This document shows, one piece after another, positions 7,689 through 13,029 of a stretch of 13,029 nt of DNA. The stretch's first letter is position 1. Every line of letters begins with the position of its first letter. The position numbers and the translations under genes were made by a program. The DNA is from Nitrospirota bacterium (GTDB lineage: Bacteria; Nitrospirota; UBA9217): positions 1 to 13,029 of the forward strand of contig JAOUEV010000077.1 of the NCBI GenBank assembly GCA_029858565.1, given 5' to 3'. The notes beneath the pieces were generated by a model that was not told the DNA's origin, made no database searches, and saw only the letters and a list, made by a program, of their open reading frames with translations.

Positions 7689-8891
7689 ATGAAAATAGCA
7701 TGGCTGCACAGCCATTTTTACAACTGGATGGGTGGCACCAAATTCGTGCTGGAGGTAACCAGGCATCTTCAGAAGTTCGCCCCCGTGGAAATAATCGTCC
7801 AGAATGGAAATCCGCGTGTCATAAAGAAATTCACTGATGCCGGCATGACCGTGCATAATCTGCACAGTCTGTCCACGTCCTCGCCGTTCTTCTGGTTAGG
7901 ACTGCCCTTCTTTTGCAGGCGAGATGCCAGGAAGCTCAGGACCCTTCTGGATCGGAATGGATTCGATGCTGTCATCAGCAGCATGTTCCCGATGAACCAT
8001 ATCTCCCGGCTGATGAACTGCAGGCATATTTATCAGTACTGTTTCGAGCCCTTTGCGTTCTTCTGGGACCCGGTCATGGTAGGTTCCCACGGCTACTTCA
8101 CGAGATTGGCGCTGTTCTTCCTGAAATCCTGCTACCAGCGGGCGGACCGAGAGGGAACCGGTGCAGCCGAGATCATATTCACCCCGACACAGGAAACCCG
8201 GAATGCCATCCTGCAGGTATACGACCGCGATTCGGTCATTACCTATCTGGGCGTTGACACGGATTTCTACCGCCCGATCGCGCATCCGGACCATTCGACG
8301 CGATACCGGGGCAAGAAGGTACTTTTACACAGCACAGATTTTACGCCGCCCAAAAGAACGGACTTTCTTCTGGACGCGTTGCCCGAGCTCAGGAAGGGCG
8401 TCGAGAACCTGAAGCTGCTGATCACCTGTTCGCTGAACGACGCCACAAAGATCAACAGCCTCAAAACAAAGATCGCCCGCCTGGGATTGGAGGAGTGTGT
8501 CGAAGTGCTGGGATTCGTCGACCATGAACTTCTCCCCGCGTACTACACCTTGGCGGACCTTGTGGTCTACCCGGGGACGAGCGGCGGCGGCGGCACGGCA
8601 GCTGTAAGCCTCTTTGTTCTCGAGGCTATGAGCTGCGGAACGCCGGTCCTGCGATCGAACGATTCCACGACCGAGGTGCTGGACAAGGTAAATGGAGAGC
8701 TCTTCGATCCGGAGAACCGAAAAGAGTTCGAGGAAAAAGCGATCGGGCTCCTGAACAGCCCCGACACGTTGAAAAGATATTCAGAACAAACACGCCGGTA
8801 TATCATGGGCAAATACTCCTGGGACAAGGTGGCCCGCATCATTTATGATGGGCTCCATGCATCCGGTGCCGGGACATCGGCAGCCGGATAG
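7689..8891 (+). CDS. Glycosyltransferase family 4 (GT-B), divergent
   Basis: MKIAWL...GG, YLGVDTDFY, LGFVDHELLPAYYTLADLVVYP, LEAMSCGTPVL, NGELFDP, YSWDKVA; GAGG at 7674-7677. Confidence 0.88.
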   Translation: MKIAWLHSHFYNWMGGTKFVLEVTRHLQKFAPVEIIVQNGNPRVIKKFTDAGMTVHNLHSLSTSSPFFWLGLPFFCRRDARKLRTLLDRNGFDAVISSMFPMNHISRLMNCRHIYQYCFEPFAFFWDPVMVGSHGYFTRLALFFLKSCYQRADREGTGAAEIIFTPTQETRNAILQVYDRDSVITYLGVDTDFYRPIAHPDHSTRYRGKKVLLHSTDFTPPKRTDFLLDALPELRKGVENLKLLITCSLNDATKINSLKTKIARLGLEECVEVLGFVDHELLPAYYTLADLVVYPGTSGGGGTAAVSLFVLEAMSCGTPVLRSNDSTTEVLDKVNGELFDPENRKEFEEKAIGLLNSPDTLKRYSEQTRRYIMGKYSWDKVARIIYDGLHASGAGTSAAG

Positions 8892-8962
8892 CTGGCTACG
8901 GAATTCGAAACACCGTCAAGGTCATTACGGGGAGCCGTGAAGGCAGACAACGAGGAGGCAAT

Positions 8963-10186
8963 GTGCTGACATGTCGAATGTGCAAAGGTAGAGCTCTGAC
9001 GCAATTCCTGGATCTGGGGTTCACGCCGCCGGCTGATCAGTTTCTCCGGAAAGAGCAACTCAGCGAGCCGGAAGTATATTACCCGCTCAAGGTCGTTGTG
9101 TGCTCCGACTGCGGCCTCGTACAACTGAACCACGTCGTTTCTCCCGAGATCCTCTACCGTCATGATTATCCCTATGAATCATCCATGACAAGGACCGGTT
9201 ATCTCCACTGGAACGAGTTCGCGAAATCAACGGTCGACCGTTTCAAGCTCGGCTCGAACGATCTCGTGATCGATATCGGCAGCAACGTCGGCGTCCTGCT
9301 GGAAGCGTTCAAATCCAACGGTACCCGCGTTTTAGGGGTCGACCCTGCGAGCAACATCGTGCGGATCGCCGAAAAGCGCGGCATCGAGACATTATGCGAG
9401 TTTTTCAGCATTGACGTCGCCAAGAGCATCCTGGCGGACAAAGGCCCTGCTACCGTCATAACGGGCACCAATGTGATCGCGCATATTGACGATCTTGACA
9501 GCATCATGCACGCCGTTCAACTGCTGCTCAAGCCTGAGGGAATGTTCATCTTCGAAGCGCCCTATCTGGTGAATCTCGTGAACAACCTGGAATACGACAC
9601 GATCTATCATGAGCATTTATCCTACCTGTCGGTCAAGCCGCTGCTCCATTTCTTCAAGCGCTTCGATATGGAAATATTCGACATCCAGCAGCGCGATATC
9701 CATGGAGGATCGTTCAGGGTATTTGTGACCCGCAGCGGGAAAATGCCGGTCTCTCCGGTCGTGGCGCAATTGCTGAAACAGGAAGAGGATATGAAGCTAT
9801 ACAGCACCGAAGTCCTGGACGGGTTCTCCGCCGCCGTACAGAAGAACCGCCAGGACCTGCTCTGGCTCCTGCGATCACTAAAGCACGAGAACAAACGGAT
9901 CGTCGCGGTCAGCGCTCCCGCCAAAGGCATGACCCTGCTGAACTATGCGCGCATCGGCCTTGAAACGCTCGATTTCGTGACGGAAAAATCCAAACTGAAG
10001 ATCGGGCGCTATACTCCCGGTGCGCACATCCCGGTTGTCTCCGACGAGGAACTGCTGAAGCATTCGCCGGACTATGCCCTACTGCTCGCATGGAACTTTG
10101 CAGAAGAGATCATGAATAACCTGTCGGAATACCGGAAGCGCGGCGGCAAGTTTATTATCCCCATACCTCACCCGAGGATAGTCTAA
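8963..10186 (+). CDS. NDP-deoxysugar C-methyltransferase (TcaB9/EryBIII-like; Zn-binding N-terminus, class I SAM domain, C-methyltransferase C-terminal domain)
   Basis: CRMC...CSDCGLVQL, FLDLG, VIDIGSNVG, GVDP, NVIAHI, YDTIYHEHLSY, IHGGS, APAKG, LLLAWNFAEEI, GGKFIIPIP; SD GAGGAGG 8952-8958, GTG start. Confidence 0.9.
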   Translation: MLTCRMCKGRALTQFLDLGFTPPADQFLRKEQLSEPEVYYPLKVVVCSDCGLVQLNHVVSPEILYRHDYPYESSMTRTGYLHWNEFAKSTVDRFKLGSNDLVIDIGSNVGVLLEAFKSNGTRVLGVDPASNIVRIAEKRGIETLCEFFSIDVAKSILADKGPATVITGTNVIAHIDDLDSIMHAVQLLLKPEGMFIFEAPYLVNLVNNLEYDTIYHEHLSYLSVKPLLHFFKRFDMEIFDIQQRDIHGGSFRVFVTRSGKMPVSPVVAQLLKQEEDMKLYSTEVLDGFSAAVQKNRQDLLWLLRSLKHENKRIVAVSAPAKGMTLLNYARIGLETLDFVTEKSKLKIGRYTPGAHIPVVSDEELLKHSPDYALLLAWNFAEEIMNNLSEYRKRGGKFIIPIPHPRIV

Positions 10187-10209
10187 TACATTGCAGGGAG
10201 GACCAGTGC

Positions 10210-10596
10210 ATGGAAAAACTGAACCTAGACGTGTCATTCAGCGATGACCGCGGACAGATCATCGATATGCTCGCCAACGTGAACATCAACGCGGTGACGC
10301 TCATCACGTTCAAAAAGAACGCAGTTCGAGCAAATCATCACCATAAGCTCACCACGCAGTGGAACTATGTACTGTCGGGATCGATCCTGATCCGGACGCA
10401 AAAACCGTCCGGTCCAGTCATCGACACGGTCATGCACAAAGGGGATTTCGTGGTAACGGTCCCAAATGAACGGCATGCGCTGCAGGCGATGGAAGACTCG
10501 GAATTGCTGGTTTTCACAGAGGGTCCTCGCGGCGGGAAGGAATACGAATCCGACACCTATCGCGATCAGACCCCGCTGATCAATCCCGCTTCATGA
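10210..10596 (+). CDS. Cupin-fold protein, probable NDP-sugar epimerase/isomerase (RmlC/FdtA-like)
   Basis: 128 aa; DDRG, RANHHH, YVLSG, GDFVVTVPNERHAL; SD GGGAGG 10196-10201. Confidence 0.75.
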   Translation: MEKLNLDVSFSDDRGQIIDMLANVNINAVTLITFKKNAVRANHHHKLTTQWNYVLSGSILIRTQKPSGPVIDTVMHKGDFVVTVPNERHALQAMEDSELLVFTEGPRGGKEYESDTYRDQTPLINPAS

Positions 10597-10605
10597 TCAG
10601 ACGCG

Positions 10606-10641
10606 CGGCGGTTCGCACGGCGGTTCGCTCGCCGTTCCGGT
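10606..10641. repeat. Short 12-bp tandem repeat (2 near-identical copies plus 1 degenerate)
   Basis: CGGCGGTTCGCA (10606-10617), CGGCGGTTCGCT (10618-10629), CGCCGTTCCGGT (10630-10641). Confidence 0.6.
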
Positions 10642-10782
10642 CGGCCCTTTCCTCGTGCTTCCACGCCAGTCGCACCCTCGGCCGGAGGCATCAGTTGCTC
10701 GCTCCGAGACCGTCGAACGGTCGCGCGCGCAGGTCCTCTGCATCACAGGTCGCTGGATAGTCCGAACCAGGGAGACGAAACG

Positions 10783-11904
10783 ATGGATTTCATACCCGTA
10801 TGCGAACCGTTCCTTAATGGCAATGAGCTGAAATACGTCACCGAGGCAGTAAAAACCGGCTGGATATCATCCAGCGGCAACTATGTGCGAGAATTCGAGG
10901 AATCCTTCGCCCGATACTGCGGCGTAAAGTTCGGCGTTGCCGTGTGCAATGGCACAGTTGCATTGCATCTCGCGGTTGTTGCAGCCGGGATCAAGCCGGG
11001 AGACGAGGTCATCATCCCGAACTTCACGATGGTTTCCACGGCGTTCGCGCTCTGCTATGCAGGCGCGACACCGGTATTCATAGACGCGGAACCCGGCACC
11101 TGGAACATGAACGCCGATGCCATAGAAGGAAAGATCTCGCCCCGGACAAAAGCGATCATGCCCGTGTCGATCTTCGGCCATCCATGCGAAATGGAGCGCA
11201 TATGGTCATTAGCAGAACAGTATGGGCTGATCGTCATCGAGGATGCCGCCGAGTCCCACGGAGCGGAATATAAGGGGAAAAAGACCGGGAGTCTGGCGGA
11301 CATGACCGCATTCAGTTTTTTTTCCAACAAGAACCTGACCACCGGCGAAGGCGGGATGGTCGTAACGGACAACGAAGAGTTCTATCGAAAATCAACGTAC
11401 TTTAAGAACGTCTGCTTCCCGATGGAGGGACCGAGGAATTATCGCCATGAGGACATCGGATTCAACTACCGGATGTCCAATCTCCATGCCGCGCTGGGCG
11501 TTGCCCAGGTCGAGAAGGCCAATGAATACCGAGCCCTCAGGATCCGCAACGGCGGTCTGTACCGGAAATACCTCGAGGGAATTCCCGGAATATCCCTGCA
11601 AGGATCGAAATCCCACGTGGTCCATGTCTTCTGGATGAATGGTGTGCTGGTGGATCCGGAACGTTATGGCCGCACGCGGGACGAATTGATGTCATATTTA
11701 CAGAAGAAGAACATAGAGACAAGATTGTTCTTTTATGGAATGCACCGTCAGCCTTCCCTGCTGAAATATGGATGCGACGGAAGCGGCTCCTATCCGGTTA
11801 CCGACAATTTGACTAACAACGGTTTTTACCTTCCCTCCTCGAGCAGTCTGCGGGAAGATCAGATCAGCTATATCAGCGATGCGATCAGAGAGTTCCATCG
11901 ATAG
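10783..11904 (+). CDS. DegT/DnrJ/EryC1/StrS PLP-dependent sugar aminotransferase, GDP-perosamine synthase-like
   Basis: IPVCEP..GNE..YV, GWISSSG.YV..FE, NGTVALHLA, IEDAAESHG, SFFSNKNLTTGEGG (PLP lysine), GFNYRMSN, YLPSS; SD AGGGAG 10769-10774. Confidence 0.92.
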   Translation: MDFIPVCEPFLNGNELKYVTEAVKTGWISSSGNYVREFEESFARYCGVKFGVAVCNGTVALHLAVVAAGIKPGDEVIIPNFTMVSTAFALCYAGATPVFIDAEPGTWNMNADAIEGKISPRTKAIMPVSIFGHPCEMERIWSLAEQYGLIVIEDAAESHGAEYKGKKTGSLADMTAFSFFSNKNLTTGEGGMVVTDNEEFYRKSTYFKNVCFPMEGPRNYRHEDIGFNYRMSNLHAALGVAQVEKANEYRALRIRNGGLYRKYLEGIPGISLQGSKSHVVHVFWMNGVLVDPERYGRTRDELMSYLQKKNIETRLFFYGMHRQPSLLKYGCDGSGSYPVTDNLTNNGFYLPSSSSLREDQISYISDAIREFHR

Positions 11905-12126
11905 GAAGTGAGCGCACCCCCGGCGATCCTTTCGGTCGCGCAAAGCGGGAGCAGGCTGAGCGACAATTCAGCGGCTCCGACAATGCGGGAATCGATTGGC
12001 TGCCGCACAGCGATCTTGACACTCCGGCCTCGGCGATAATACGGCCGGAGCGGTTCCAAAACTGAGCGCAACGATATTCGGGACACGATGCGGCAAAGAA
12101 CATTCCCGCCCCGCGAGCAGGTTACT

Positions 12127-12927
12127 ATGACTAAATTTCCCAAAATAACCATCATCACTCCTTCCCTGAACCAGGGACAGTTCATTGAGCGGACGATCAT
12201 GAGCGTCCTGGACCAGCATTATCCGAACCTGGAGTATATTGTGATGGACGGGGGATCGAAGGATGAGACCCTTGACATCCTGGCCAGGTTCGAGGGACGG
12301 CTCCGATGGATTTCCGCGCCGGACAGAGGACAGGCCGATGCGATCAACAAGGGACTCAGGCTGGCAAGCGGAGACATCGTCGCATTTCTTAATTCAGACG
12401 ATGTTTATGAACCGGGAACGTTTGAACGTGTGGCACGGTATTTCGTTGATCATCCCGATGCAATGTGGCTTACCGGGAAGTGCCGCATCATCGATGAGCA
12501 GGACCGTGAGGTACGCAAATGCATCACGGTTTACAAGAACCTTCTCCTCAAATGGTACAGCTACTCCCTTTTACTCGTAACGAACCCCATCAGCCAGCCG
12601 GCCACATTCTGGCGTCGTCGTCTTGCAGATGAGATCGGGTTGTTCAATCCAGAAGAGCACCTGGTAATGGATTATGATTATTGGCTGCGCATAGGAGAGA
12701 AGTATCCTCTGGCGGTCCTTCCCACATACTCGGCTCGCTTCAGGGTATACCTGACCAGTAAGACATCGACATTCTTTCTGACAACCTTCAGGCGCGAGCT
12801 TGAACTGGCAAAGTCCCACTCAACCTCTCCGCTGCTGAACATTCTCCACCATCTCAGCTACCTCGCAATCGCGTCAGTCTATCAAATCATGAATATGCGG
12901 GCTGATCGGCATAGGGGGCGGCCATAA
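12127..12927 (+). CDS. Glycosyltransferase family 2 (WcaE/WfgS-like)
   Basis: ITIITPSLNQG, YIVMDGGSKDET, DRGQADAINKG, FLNSDD, SQPATFW, MDYDYWLR; ATG12127 preferred over 12088 because the domain begins right after it and GAGCAGG precedes it. Confidence 0.92.
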   Translation: MTKFPKITIITPSLNQGQFIERTIMSVLDQHYPNLEYIVMDGGSKDETLDILARFEGRLRWISAPDRGQADAINKGLRLASGDIVAFLNSDDVYEPGTFERVARYFVDHPDAMWLTGKCRIIDEQDREVRKCITVYKNLLLKWYSYSLLLVTNPISQPATFWRRRLADEIGLFNPEEHLVMDYDYWLRIGEKYPLAVLPTYSARFRVYLTSKTSTFFLTTFRRELELAKSHSTSPLLNILHHLSYLAIASVYQIMNMRADRHRGRP

Positions 12928-12977
12928 AGGCCGCGCCCCTGCCACACCACCCGGCATGCGGGTCCGCACCGGGCGGT
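12913..12977 (+). other. Two tandem GC-rich hairpins at the 3' end of the GT2 gene
   Basis: AGGGGGCGGCC-ATAAA-GGCCGC(G)CCCCT (12913-12940) and ACCACCCGG(CA)TGCG-GGTC-CGCACCGGGCGGT (12946-12977); no U-tract follows. Confidence 0.5.
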
Positions 12978-12993
12978 TCAAGAAGTTGAGGCT

Positions 12994-13029
12994 ATGAGAG
13001 ACGCGGTACGCCGAGACGATCAAAGTACG
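12994..13029 (+). CDS. Possible 5' end of the next gene (MRDAVRRDDQST...), truncated by the window
   Basis: ATG at 12994, frame open to the window end; GAGG lies only 2 nt upstream; too short to assess. Confidence 0.2.
   Translation, partial: MRDAVRRDDQST

Noticed and set aside
10606-10641. Tandem repeat as CRISPR or mobile-element end
   Set aside because: 12-bp units with no spacers; no cas, transposase or integrase gene in the window.
11920-11980. GCGCAAAGC between hairpins, reminiscent of a c-di-GMP-I riboswitch
   Set aside because: No GNRA tetraloop on this strand, no tetraloop receptor and no upstream GGCAAA-type junction.
12016-12040. TTGACA...GATAAT as a third promoter
   Set aside because: Spacer is only 13 nt, and TTGACA also occurs several times by chance inside CDSs in this window.

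Overview
A single-strand (+) cell-surface polysaccharide (O-antigen/EPS-type) biosynthesis locus of 13 complete CDSs. It opens with a winged-helix (MarR/EPS-associated-like) regulator carrying a C-terminal Rossmann-like domain, preceded by a near-consensus sigma70 promoter and a GTTCA-N5-TGAAC palindrome over its probable leaderless start. Block 1 (918-7539) is tightly coupled: Wzx flippase, four SAM-dependent methyltransferases of different families, a Zn-ribbon protein with GT61-like motifs and a GT-A/GT2-like glycosyltransferase. Block 2 (7689-12927) follows a second promoter: a divergent GT4, an NDP-sugar C-methyltransferase, a cupin, a perosamine-synthase-like aminotransferase and a GT2. 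The gene set suggests a heavily methylated glycan containing a C-methyl-branched amino-deoxysugar (inference). No RNA genes, CRISPR arrays or mobile elements were recognised. Family calls come from motifs read by eye; no database search was run.
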